Assembly: GCA_963664195.1 (NCBI GenBank)
Contig: OY760907.1
Location: forward strand, 2,368,001 to 2,432,000
Reading direction: 5' to 3'
Length of the DNA stretch: 64,000 nucleotides
DNA from: an uncultured candidate division Zixibacteria bacterium
Lineage (GTDB): Bacteria; Zixibacteria; MSB-5A5; GN15; FEB-12
Shown: in pieces, positions 1 through 9,061 of the stretch
Position numbering within the stretch: position 1 is the stretch's first letter
How the letters are laid out: the number at the start of each line of letters is the position of its first letter
Made by a program: the position numbers and the translations under genes
The notes under the pieces: generated by a model
Seen by the model: only the letters and a program-made list of their open reading frames with translations
Told to the model about the DNA's origin: nothing
The model's database searches: none

Positions 1-2
1 AC

Positions 3-137
3 TATACGTTTATGCTCGAGCCCGGAAGACATATCATCAAATCTACTATGACACTCGACGGCCGGGAAATCGAGCACACTGACACAGTCCGTATTGTGGC
101 CGACAGTTCGCTCAAGGTGCTGTTTGATTTTGAGTGA
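3..137 (+). CDS. 3' end of a CDS entering the window (beta-rich, possibly PEGA-like C-terminal domain)
   Basis: Open frame YTFMLEPGRHIIKSTMTLDGREIEHTDTVRIVADSSLKVLFDFE* ending at TGA 135-137, co-oriented with the downstream operon; the L-x-P-G-x-H-x-I pattern is typical of PEGA domains. Confidence 0.55.
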   Translation, partial: YTFMLEPGRHIIKSTMTLDGREIEHTDTVRIVADSSLKVLFDFE

Positions 138-214
138 GGCGAAGAGCCTCCCGTCGTCCACCGGCCGCAGTTGAGTCTGAAAAATAGAAACTGATCCATA
201 ACCAAGGAGTGAAC

Positions 215-1258
215 ATGAAGTTTACACTTGCCTCCCGCAGTATTGTAGTTGCGGCCTTCGCGGTTCTCGGTCTCGCGTTGACCGGAAGCGTTGTCGCACA
301 GGAAGAGGCCTCGGTGGCTGACAAGCTGTCCGAAGCTCTGGATATGTACAACGACCTTGAGTACGATGCCGGTTTGAAGATTGCCGGGGACCTCCTGGCC
401 CGAACAGATCTGACTTCGTACGACAGTGTTGCCATCTATGAAATCTTCAGCATCATCACCTACGCCAAAGGTGAAGCGTACCTTCAGGAAGCCCTTGGAT
501 ATCTGGAGAAAATCGGTTCGGTCGGTCCCTGCGTGGTCCCCATGCCTCGCGAGATATGGCCGCAGGAACTCCGAGATCGCTGGTACCGGCTTCTCAAAGC
601 CCAGAACAAACTGGTGTGCGACGAGGACCAGAAGGATCTCAAGACCATTGCTATCATGGAATTCGACAACTACTCGATGGGCGAGTATCAGGAAAAGCTC
701 GGTCTGCTCAGCAAGGGTCTGGCCGATTTCTTCGCCTACGACTTTGCCAAAATAAGTGATTTCAAAGTGATTGAGCGCGACAAAATCGATTTCATTCTTA
801 AAGAGATCGAACTGGTTAAATCCGGCGCTGTTGATCCCTCGACCGCGGTCAAGGTTGGCAAGCTGCTCGGTGCCAAGTATATGGTGTTCGGCAGTATCAC
901 CCAACTCGACGGCAAGCATACGCGCATGGTAGTGCGAGTGGTCAATGTCGAGACCTCGGAAATCGTGACCACGGTTGACCGTGAAGGGAAGCCGGAATAC
1001 TCCCAGATGGAAAAGGATCTGGTCGAGGAGCTGGCAGCCAATCTTGATGTCAAGCTCGGCGATGACACTCGCGCGCTTATTCAGGAGGGCGGCACGGATA
1101 ACTGGGACGCCACAGAGCATTATGCTCGTGGTCTCGAGTACATGGATTCCTACGACTACAAAAACGCCTACGAGCACTTCAAGCAGGCATATGAACTTGA
1201 CGAGACTTTTGTCGAAGCCAAGCGCAAAATGGACATCTATCAACCGTTGGCCAGTTAG
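215..1258 (+). CDS. Exported CsgG/HfaB (TolB-N-like) domain protein with TPR-like helices
   Basis: RBS AAGGAG before ATG 215; signal peptide; TIAIMEFDN...KVIERDKIDFILKE...AVKVGKLLGAKYMVFGS motif; C-terminal TPR (HYARGLEYMD...A..HFKQA). Confidence 0.8.
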   Translation: MKFTLASRSIVVAAFAVLGLALTGSVVAQEEASVADKLSEALDMYNDLEYDAGLKIAGDLLARTDLTSYDSVAIYEIFSIITYAKGEAYLQEALGYLEKIGSVGPCVVPMPREIWPQELRDRWYRLLKAQNKLVCDEDQKDLKTIAIMEFDNYSMGEYQEKLGLLSKGLADFFAYDFAKISDFKVIERDKIDFILKEIELVKSGAVDPSTAVKVGKLLGAKYMVFGSITQLDGKHTRMVVRVVNVETSEIVTTVDREGKPEYSQMEKDLVEELAANLDVKLGDDTRALIQEGGTDNWDATEHYARGLEYMDSYDYKNAYEHFKQAYELDETFVEAKRKMDIYQPLAS

Positions 1259-1310
1259 CGCGTCAGATCGATACCGGATTCGAACAAACCTCGATACTGA
1301 GGAACAGGAT

Positions 1311-2624
1311 ATGAAAACGAAATCTGTGCTCATCGTCTGGGCACTTTCTCTGGCAGTGTTGATGACCGGCTGTGCGGTCGGCCCGTACGGTCAGGGAAGA
1401 CAGCTCGCCGAACAGGGAGAGTATGACCGGGCGATTGAATCCTTTTACAAAGAGATCAGCGTCAACCCGCAGAATATGGAAGCCTGGCGCGAGCTGGGTG
1501 CAGCGTTCTACGAGCAGGGTGATCTGGCCAAGGCCGAGGATGCTCTTGAGCAGGCCAACGGAATCGCGCTTGACGCCCGCACGAACCTCCTGCTTGGCCT
1601 GATAAGCGAAAAGAAGGGGAATGTCGATGCGGCGATCAACGCCTACGGTGCCGCTCTCAGGCTGGATCCCGGCGGTAAAACCGCCAACCTGCTCCAGGCC
1701 CGCATGGACCGCCTCGTATCGGAGAAGATCAAGCACGAGGTATCGGAAGCTCTTGCCAAAGAGTCCGAGATCGACACCAAGTCGATTCCGGAAAACACAA
1801 TCGCGGTGGCCGACTTCGACGGTTCACACCTGACTCCCGAGACTGCTCCCATCGCGCGCGGTCTGGCGGAGTTCACCGCTATCGATCTAGCCAAGGTGAG
1901 TTCGCTGCGAGTGGTTGACCGTCAGAAGATCGATGTAATCCTCAAGGAACTCGAACTCAGTGCTTCCGGTCTCACCGATGGCACCAGCGGCCCCAGAGTC
2001 GGCAGGCTTCTCGGCAGTCGACGCTTGATCGCCGGGACGGTCACGAGTCTGGGCCATGATGCCATACGACTTGACGGTGCTGTTGTCAATAGTACTGACG
2101 ATTCCAGTATGACGATTCGCACCAGCGAGGGGGACCTGTCGCGGCTCTTCCGGATGGAAAAGGAGTTTGTGTTCAGAATAATCGATGACCTTGGTATTAC
2201 GCTGACCATTGAAGAGCGCGACGCTATCGCGGAGGTTCCCACCGAATCGTATCTCGCCTTTCTCGCGTACTGTCGCGGCCTTGAGTTTCAGCGTAACGGT
2301 CTTTACGGCGCGGCAAGGCATTCGTACGATCAGGCCGCACAGGCCGACCCGGGGTTCTCAGTGGCTGCCTCACGTTCTCAGTCGATGGCCGCCGCTCTGT
2401 CCTCTGGCGGCGCCGGGGTCGATCTGTCGTCGTTTGAAAGCGCTGCTATCTCGCTGACCTCGACGATGCAACTCACTTCCGGTTTGGATGTTCGCCTTCA
2501 GCAGGCAATCCTGAATGCTGGTGGCTTGCCGAATCTGGATTTGCGTGCGGTCTCGAACCGACTACCCAAGTCTGAGGTTATTTACCAGGAAGTCGTAATT
2601 ACGGGGGAATTCGATGCTAACTAA
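1311..2624 (+). CDS. TPR lipoprotein with CsgG/HfaB domain
   Basis: ATG 1311 after GAGGA; lipobox LMTGC; several TPRs, then TIAVADFD...VVDRQKIDVILKEL...RVGRLLGSRRLIAG; C-terminal TPR. Confidence 0.8.
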   Translation: MKTKSVLIVWALSLAVLMTGCAVGPYGQGRQLAEQGEYDRAIESFYKEISVNPQNMEAWRELGAAFYEQGDLAKAEDALEQANGIALDARTNLLLGLISEKKGNVDAAINAYGAALRLDPGGKTANLLQARMDRLVSEKIKHEVSEALAKESEIDTKSIPENTIAVADFDGSHLTPETAPIARGLAEFTAIDLAKVSSLRVVDRQKIDVILKELELSASGLTDGTSGPRVGRLLGSRRLIAGTVTSLGHDAIRLDGAVVNSTDDSSMTIRTSEGDLSRLFRMEKEFVFRIIDDLGITLTIEERDAIAEVPTESYLAFLAYCRGLEFQRNGLYGAARHSYDQAAQADPGFSVAASRSQSMAAALSSGGAGVDLSSFESAAISLTSTMQLTSGLDVRLQQAILNAGGLPNLDLRAVSNRLPKSEVIYQEVVITGEFDAN

Positions 2625-3780
2625 ACCGATTCTCACTGTAGTTGCTGTGCTGACGGTTCTAATCGCCTGCGTGGCTCCGGCAAGTGCTCAGATCGTCTAC
2701 GGCCAACCGGCTGCCGGTCAAACCAGTGTCGTTTATAATCACTGGAAAATCGAAGCGGGCGGTGTCGAAACCACCTTGACTCAGTTGATGACGCCGGTGA
2801 CGGCCTTCGTGCCGGTGCGGGACAACTTTGATCTGACGTTCTACTCGTCCAATTCCAGCAACAGCCTGGAGGCCCTGGGTCAAGAATTGGACCTGAACGG
2901 GCTGGGAGACGTCCGCTTGCAGGGCAATCATTCGTTTATGGGTGACCAGTTGCTTGTGAGCGCCGGGCTGAATCTTCCCACCGGTAAGAAGAAACTGTCT
3001 CAGTTGGATGAGATCGTCGTCCTCCAGACGATGTCCCTGAACTTCATCGATCTGCCGATGCGCCGTTTTGGCGAAGGCTTCGGTTTCAACGTCCTCGTGG
3101 GCGGCGCCGCTGTTCTCGGTGAAGGTGTCCGCGGTGGGGCAGGCATCATGTACGGTTTTGTCGGTGCATACGAGCCGTATGAAAACGGCGGCAGTTTCGA
3201 TCCAGGCAACACGTTCAGCGTCAATGCAGGAATCGATATTGCGGTGGACGAGTATTTCTGGTCGATCAATGCGATCTACTCGGTTAGTTCCGTGGACAAG
3301 TTCGAGGGTATTGAAAGTTTCAAACAAAGTCCTCAGCTTGACCTGCGCGCCAGTGTCTCCACCGGAGGGGACGGAGCGGTTTTCTCCGGATTGGCGCGGT
3401 ACGTAGTACGGGGCAAGAACACCGACTACGACATCCTGGGAGTCAAACTGGAGGAGATCAAGCTGTACGGCAACGAGCTTTCATTGGCCGGCGCAGTCGA
3501 TTTTCCACTGGGTGCCAAACTGCACGCGCGGCCTGCGGCCGACCTTCGTATGATCAGCACCAGTGGGTTAACGTTTGTTACCTCCACGGTGCCCGGAATC
3601 GGTGATGAGCTGGAACTCGGCGGATCGACCGTCCTGGGGATCGGTGGCGGTCTCGGATACAAGGTCTCTGAGAACTTCGATGCCGGCTTCGGCATCAAGC
3701 TCTATACCGGCCATGCCGCCGATGGTGATATCGACCTGAGCGGTTATCAACTAACCTTTGGCCTGTCGGCATCAATGTGA
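2614..3780 (+). CDS. Outer-membrane beta-barrel protein (hypothetical)
   Basis: Signal peptide (ASA-Q); alternating hydrophobic beta strands; GLGDVRL and LNLPTG motifs seen in MetA-pathway/transporter-like barrels; overlaps the upstream stop. Confidence 0.65.
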   Translation: MLTKPILTVVAVLTVLIACVAPASAQIVYGQPAAGQTSVVYNHWKIEAGGVETTLTQLMTPVTAFVPVRDNFDLTFYSSNSSNSLEALGQELDLNGLGDVRLQGNHSFMGDQLLVSAGLNLPTGKKKLSQLDEIVVLQTMSLNFIDLPMRRFGEGFGFNVLVGGAAVLGEGVRGGAGIMYGFVGAYEPYENGGSFDPGNTFSVNAGIDIAVDEYFWSINAIYSVSSVDKFEGIESFKQSPQLDLRASVSTGGDGAVFSGLARYVVRGKNTDYDILGVKLEEIKLYGNELSLAGAVDFPLGAKLHARPAADLRMISTSGLTFVTSTVPGIGDELELGGSTVLGIGGGLGYKVSENFDAGFGIKLYTGHAADGDIDLSGYQLTFGLSASM

Positions 3781-3791
3781 AGGGGCATCCA

Positions 3792-5450
3792 ATGATGAAT
3801 AATAGAAAAATCAGTATCGGATTCCTCACGGCATTGCTGCTCACGATGGTTGTTTGCCTCTTGAGTTGCACCGAGAAGCCGGTCAATCTTTCGCTGCCGG
3901 ACGGTTCCAACCTCCGTTTGAACGCGAGCGTGACCACGGCGGCCTTTGTGGAGGAAATCCAGTACTTCGTGTTGACGGTTACCGGTCCTGATTTCACTCC
4001 AATTGTATTGGATTCGCGCACCCCGGATTCGACAGAGGAGTCCGGTGTCAGCTCTCTTACCTGGGATGGTCATGCTATCTATGCCAGCGTTTCGGTGCCG
4101 GTCGGTCAGAACCGCAGATTTGTTCTCGAGGCTTTTGATATTGGTCCCGATGACATGCCGGTCTCTCTTTATCGCGGAGTAACCGTGGTCTCGGTGCTAG
4201 CAGGGCAAATGACCAACGTCAATCTCCTGTTGAAACCAGCAGCCCCGATGGTTCGGTTGTCTCCGAGATGGCTGAATGTCGGTGCCGGGGATAGGTTTGA
4301 GGTCGACGTTCAATTGGCCAACATCCCCAATCTCGCAGGCATTCAGATTGTGTTCTCTTACGACCGGGATAGGCTGAGGCCGGTGCAAGGGCGACGCTCC
4401 GCAACGCTCAGGGAAGGTATTCAATTCGCTTCTGGCGAAGTCGACGACAATATGCGTTTCGCGATGGTGGTGGCTGATCCTTCTCTGGAACCGTTGCTGA
4501 CCGGCAACGAGATACTTAATATCGGGACCCTCGTCTGTGTAAGCACTGCTGACGTTGTTCTGCCGATGATTGACTCGGTAATGTCCTCGATCAGTATCTA
4601 CGCGATAGACCCGCGTGACACAGCCGGTACGGTGATAACTGATTTTCATATTTACACCGATCCGGCGGAAGTGAGTATAGGCTTGCTGCAGGATCGGGTA
4701 GTTGCTTTCAACGATGAGAGTCTTGAGTATGAGGTGCGACGGCAGATCAACCAGGATACAGGGGCGATCTATTTGTCAGCCGCACTAAAGGCGACCTACT
4801 TGCAATTGACGGAGTACGGAATTGAGGACTTCACCGGAATCGAGAATCTATACAACCTCGAGAGTCTGTACATGGATTACAACAGCGCGTCACATCTCGG
4901 ATTCCTTGCAGGGTTGGAAAGACTGCGGTACCTATCCGCCCAGTCGAACGGCTTGACCAACATTTCCGGTCTGACCGGTCTGATGGCTGTGCAGTCGCTG
5001 AACCTGTCGTACAATGAGATTGTCAACCTGGCACCCCTGTCAGATATGACGGTTATGTATAATTTGGATCTTTTCAGCAATGCGGTTTCAAATATTCAAC
5101 CGCTTGAGGGGATGGAAAGGCTCCAGTATCTGAGGCTGACCCGGAACAGCATCTCTGATATCGGTCCGCTCGCAAACATGCGGTACCTGTATACGTTGGA
5201 ACTCGGGAACAACCAGATTGTCGACCTCACGCCGCTTCGAAACCTTTCCAACCTGCAGAATCTCAGTCTGGAAAACAACCTGATCGAGGATATTCTGCCG
5301 CTGGTAGAGAATCCGGGTATTGACAGTGGTGACGTGGTCAACCTCTGGGGAAACAGCGCTCTGTCGAGCACTAACGAGCAGCAGCAGTACTACATCAGTC
5401 TGCTGAGAGATCGACAGGTCATCGTCAACGACTTGATTCCCGGCAAGTAG
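3792..5450 (+). CDS. Lipoprotein with cohesin-like domain and internalin-type leucine-rich repeats
   Basis: Lipobox LLSC; cohesin-like GDRFEVDVQLANIPNLAGIQIVFSYD; about 8 repeats of 22 aa LxxLxLxxNxIxDLxPL. Confidence 0.8.
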   Translation: MMNNRKISIGFLTALLLTMVVCLLSCTEKPVNLSLPDGSNLRLNASVTTAAFVEEIQYFVLTVTGPDFTPIVLDSRTPDSTEESGVSSLTWDGHAIYASVSVPVGQNRRFVLEAFDIGPDDMPVSLYRGVTVVSVLAGQMTNVNLLLKPAAPMVRLSPRWLNVGAGDRFEVDVQLANIPNLAGIQIVFSYDRDRLRPVQGRRSATLREGIQFASGEVDDNMRFAMVVADPSLEPLLTGNEILNIGTLVCVSTADVVLPMIDSVMSSISIYAIDPRDTAGTVITDFHIYTDPAEVSIGLLQDRVVAFNDESLEYEVRRQINQDTGAIYLSAALKATYLQLTEYGIEDFTGIENLYNLESLYMDYNSASHLGFLAGLERLRYLSAQSNGLTNISGLTGLMAVQSLNLSYNEIVNLAPLSDMTVMYNLDLFSNAVSNIQPLEGMERLQYLRLTRNSISDIGPLANMRYLYTLELGNNQIVDLTPLRNLSNLQNLSLENNLIEDILPLVENPGIDSGDVVNLWGNSALSSTNEQQQYYISLLRDRQVIVNDLIPGK

Positions 5451-5456
5451 AACGAG

Positions 5457-6392
5457 CTAGACGTTTAAAACTGCCAGAGCGATTGAATTGTAGCGGGCCG
5501 GCTCCGAGTCGGTCCGCGAATTCACTGCCACCGGGACACGTCCGCCGATAACCACGCCCGCCGTTTCGCAGCTTCCGTACAGTGACATCGCATGATAGAT
5601 GCCGTTGGCGACCTCGATAGAAGGAGCCAGCATGGCGTCCGCCTGCCCGGCGACTTCGGATTTCGTCACGCCCTTGGAATGTGCTGCCAGCATATCGACC
5701 GAAACGTCGAATGACAACGGCCCGTCGACCCGTGCGCCCTTGATCTGTCCCCGTTCGTACATCTTGGCGAGTATGGCTGCTTCCATGGTTGCCTGCATCT
5801 GCGGATAGATGACTTCCACCGCGCCGATCACGGCCACTCGCGGACTATCAATCCCTATCGATTGCGACACGCGGGCCAGGTTGGCGATCAGACTCAGCTT
5901 GGTTTTCAAGTCCGGCTGCGGTACAACGGCGCCGTCGGTGAGCATGAGCAACCGGGGGTATTTTTTCGGTTTCAGTACGGCCACGTGGGATATGATCTGT
6001 CCTTTGACCGTGAAGTTCTGTTCTTTCTCCATCAATGCTGACAGCAGATCAGCCGCAAGGATACGCCCCTGGACGATCATGTCGATTTCGCCCGCGTCAG
6101 CCATGCGTGCCGCCGTTTTGACGGCCATATCCGGCTGGTTGATGTCGAGTACGTTGATATGGGAGACGTCGATACACTCCTCACCCGACATCCGCTTCAG
6201 CTTTGCCTGATCGCCGATGATGATGGGGGAGATGAGGCCGTCGGAGGCCGCCCGTACAAACGCCCGCAACGTATCCGGCTCCGATGGGACCGCCAGAGCC
6301 GCACGCGGAGTTTTCTCCTTGGCTTCTGCTCTGGCCCGCTCAAGGAGGGCGTCGAATGAATGTACCTCGGGAATCTGAATTTCCGGCAGCAT
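5457..6392 (-). CDS. Phosphate acyltransferase (PTA/PTB family), divergent paralog
   Basis: SHVAV, LTDGAV.P.P, VDGPLSFD, VAGQAD and VNSRTDS motifs; follows buk and ptb. Confidence 0.85.
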   Translation of the reverse strand: MLPEIQIPEVHSFDALLERARAEAKEKTPRAALAVPSEPDTLRAFVRAASDGLISPIIIGDQAKLKRMSGEECIDVSHINVLDINQPDMAVKTAARMADAGEIDMIVQGRILAADLLSALMEKEQNFTVKGQIISHVAVLKPKKYPRLLMLTDGAVVPQPDLKTKLSLIANLARVSQSIGIDSPRVAVIGAVEVIYPQMQATMEAAILAKMYERGQIKGARVDGPLSFDVSVDMLAAHSKGVTKSEVAGQADAMLAPSIEVANGIYHAMSLYGSCETAGVVIGGRVPVAVNSRTDSEPARYNSIALAVLNV

Positions 6393-6394
6393 AT

Positions 6395-7348
6395 CTATTT
6401 CTCCCAGATATTATTCTGTGCGTAGTAGTCAGCGATCACGCAGGCGAGGGCGAGCGAAGACTTTTTGTTCTTGATCGTGTCTGTCCGCGACACCAGTGAC
6501 ACGGGAACCCGTGCTCCGACAATCACGCCGGAGAAAACCGCGTCGGCAAACTGAATCAGCGACTTGGAGACGATATTGCCTTCTTCGATGGAATCCACGA
6601 GGTAGATGTCTGCATCGCCAGCCACACCGTTGCCGTCTTCTGCTCTGTGAGCGAGGGTCTTCGAGGAGGCCATTTCGAGTGACATCGGCCCTTGAATCAC
6701 TATGTCTTTGAACTTCGCTTTGGCCTGCGGGATGATTCGTTCGGCATCGGACAGCGTGTGAGGCATTCTGTCGGACAGTCTGTCAGTTGCAGCAGAGACG
6801 GCGATTTTGACCGGAGACAACCCGAGCGCCCGCGCCACGAGCACGGCGTTTTCGAGTATCTGGAATTTCTGTTCGGTCGTCGGTTTGACTACCATACCGC
6901 CGTCCGTGAAGTTCAATAGCTTGTGATAGCCGGGAATGTCCAGCACCGCACAATGCGACAGCGTATTCTCTCCTCGAAGGCCGTACTTGTTGTCCAGCAC
7001 CGTTTTCAGCAGGGCAGAGGTGGGAAGAAATCCCTTCATGATGCCGTCGGCTTTTTTCTCGGAGGCCAGTTTCACGGCTGCATGAGCCGCGAGGGTCGTA
7101 TCCGGTTCGTTGATTATCGTCAGCTTATCAATGTTGATTTTGTGCTCTTCGGCCAGGGCGCGGATTTTCTTTTCGTCGCCCACAAGAATGCCGTTGAGGA
7201 ATCCGTCGGCCTCGGCCTGTGACACAGCACCGATCACGTCCGCGTCCTGCGCGGCGGCCACCGCGATGGTCTTTTTGCGACCCTCGGCGGCGATGTCTAT
7301 GGCACGTTGAATCAACTCATCCGAGGAGTGAATAGGTTTGTTGCCCAT
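6395..7348 (-). CDS. ptb: Phosphate butyryltransferase (PTA/PTB family)
   Basis: IAVAAAQD, IMKG, LSH, TDGGM, GP, VAGDAD, EGNI and SRTD motifs; adjacent to butyrate kinase. Confidence 0.85.
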   Translation of the reverse strand: MGNKPIHSSDELIQRAIDIAAEGRKKTIAVAAAQDADVIGAVSQAEADGFLNGILVGDEKKIRALAEEHKINIDKLTIINEPDTTLAAHAAVKLASEKKADGIMKGFLPTSALLKTVLDNKYGLRGENTLSHCAVLDIPGYHKLLNFTDGGMVVKPTTEQKFQILENAVLVARALGLSPVKIAVSAATDRLSDRMPHTLSDAERIIPQAKAKFKDIVIQGPMSLEMASSKTLAHRAEDGNGVAGDADIYLVDSIEEGNIVSKSLIQFADAVFSGVIVGARVPVSLVSRTDTIKNKKSSLALACVIADYYAQNNIWEK

Positions 7349-7372
7349 GAGGCTCCCTTGGGAAGGCTTTAG

Positions 7373-8440
7373 TTAGTAGACTTTGAGTTGCTCTTCACCG
7401 GCGAGGAAACGCATGCCGGCAGCGGCGAGGGCTTCCATCTCGAATTCACCCGGTACGACGATGACGCGTTTCATAAACGATACTCGTTCAGTGATCTGCT
7501 TCACGAGTCGTTCGGAATTGGCCATACCGCCGGTCAACACGATAGCTTCGAAGTCACCGGCCAAGACAGCAGCGGCAGAACCGATCTCCTTGGCGATTTG
7601 GTACGCCATGGCATCGAAGTACAGCCGCGCCTTATCGTCGCCGTTGTCAATCATCTTCTCGACTTCGCGAAGATCCGCCTGTCCGACATAGGCAACCAGG
7701 CCGGACTTTTTCGATAGTTTGCCAAGCAACTCCTGCTTGGTGAACTGACCGGAATAGCACAACTCGACCAGGCCGCCGAGAGGCACTGCCCCGGCGCGAT
7801 CAGGTGAAAACGGTCCCATGCCGAGCAGAGCGTCGTTGACGTCGACCACCAGACCCTTCTGGAGCGAGGCGACTGAAATGCCTCCGCCCATGTGAACGGC
7901 CACGAAACTGACTTCATCGAGCCTCTTGCCGAGTTTGGCCGCCTCGCGACGGCAAACCTCTTTGATGTTAAGGGCATGGACGCGGCATTTGCGTTCGATT
8001 TCCGGTACGCCGCTTATGCGGGCGATATCGGTGAAGTTGTCGACCGTTATCGGGTCGGAGATCAGCGAAGGGACACCGTACTTTTTGCCCAGATGATGAG
8101 CGATAATTGAACCGAGATTGGAGGCGTGGTTGCAGTACCGAGCCGTCCGAACGTCATCGAGCAGTTGATCGGTGATTTCGTACGAGCCGCCGTCGAGCGG
8201 ACGGACCGGCGCGCCACGACCGATCACAGCCTTGACGTTGGCAAGATCGATATCCAGCGAATCCAGCCAGGCGTTGATAGCTTCCATGCGGTAGTCAAAC
8301 TGGTCAGCGACATTGTCGAACTCGGCCAGCTTTGCGGGATCGTGACGAACAGTCTCGTCAGAAAGCAACTTGTCGCCGTCGAACAGCGCAGTTTTCGTAG
8401 AAGTCGAACCGGGATTGATAATGATCAGCAGGTCAGCCAT
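7373..8440 (-). CDS. buk: Butyrate kinase
   Basis: INPGSTSTK, HASNLG, HALN, HMGGGIS, GPFSPDRAG, LTGGMA and PGEFEM motifs. Confidence 0.95.
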   Translation of the reverse strand: MADLLIIINPGSTSTKTALFDGDKLLSDETVRHDPAKLAEFDNVADQFDYRMEAINAWLDSLDIDLANVKAVIGRGAPVRPLDGGSYEITDQLLDDVRTARYCNHASNLGSIIAHHLGKKYGVPSLISDPITVDNFTDIARISGVPEIERKCRVHALNIKEVCRREAAKLGKRLDEVSFVAVHMGGGISVASLQKGLVVDVNDALLGMGPFSPDRAGAVPLGGLVELCYSGQFTKQELLGKLSKKSGLVAYVGQADLREVEKMIDNGDDKARLYFDAMAYQIAKEIGSAAAVLAGDFEAIVLTGGMANSERLVKQITERVSFMKRVIVVPGEFEMEALAAAGMRFLAGEEQLKVY

Positions 8441-8449
8441 TGTATACGC

Positions 8450-9052
8450 TCAAGCCTCCTGTTCCGTCAGCTTGATTCTACGGCCGCGCGCGAATGCCTC
8501 CAGGTTGATGTCGACAAACTTCGGCTTGATCCGTTTTTTCATCGTCTCGAACCACTGTTCCTGCTCAAACGGCAGGTAGTTGGAGAGGACGCCTAACAGG
8601 ATGGTGTTCACCAAACGGGGGTTGCCCAGCTCACCGGCAATCTCATCAGCCGCAACCGGGATAACATTGGCGGTCTTTGACTGCATTGTGCCGATGGCGT
8701 CGTCCGGATACGTGAACTGTTTGGAAGAAGTCACAATCGCCGGCACCAGAGTTGTGCGGGAGATGATGGCTACACCCTTCTTGCTGATCCAATCGAGTGC
8801 GCGAAGCCCTTCGGCCTGTTCAAACGAGATGAGGAAATCCGCCTGGCCGTGCTCAATTGTCGGCGAGTAGACTTTCGGGGCGACCTTCACATGCGACGAG
8901 ACAACCCCGCCACGCTGCGACATGCCGTGAACCTCGGATTTCTTAACGTCCAGGCCGGCGTTCATAGCCACCTCGGAGATGATTTCCGAAGCGAGCAAAA
9001 CGCCCTGACCGCCGACACCGACGATCAATATGTTGAAATTCGTATCTGTCAT
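8450..9052 (-). CDS. iorB: Indolepyruvate ferredoxin oxidoreductase subunit beta
   Basis: GVGGQG, SEVHGMSQRGG, N..LLG; directly follows iorA; ATG 9052 preferred over GTG 9061. Confidence 0.93.
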   Translation of the reverse strand: MTDTNFNILIVGVGGQGVLLASEIISEVAMNAGLDVKKSEVHGMSQRGGVVSSHVKVAPKVYSPTIEHGQADFLISFEQAEGLRALDWISKKGVAIISRTTLVPAIVTSSKQFTYPDDAIGTMQSKTANVIPVAADEIAGELGNPRLVNTILLGVLSNYLPFEQEQWFETMKKRIKPKFVDINLEAFARGRRIKLTEQEA

Positions 9053-9061
9053 CGGAATCAC

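Noticed and set aside
975..1310. N-terminal extensions in the ORF track (also 24031-27924, 39006-40388, 52463, 54794, 55251)
   Set aside because: They overlap upstream genes or lack an RBS; downstream ATGs give proper signal peptides or domain starts
2..1333. 443-aa minus-strand ORF
   Set aside because: Antisense shadow of the CsgG/TPR gene; no motifs; long shadows are expected with GC-rich codon bias
4860..5320. 66-nt periodic sequence as CRISPR or DNA repeat
   Set aside because: Explained by 22-aa leucine-rich repeats in a coding region; no identical repeats with spacers, no cas genes
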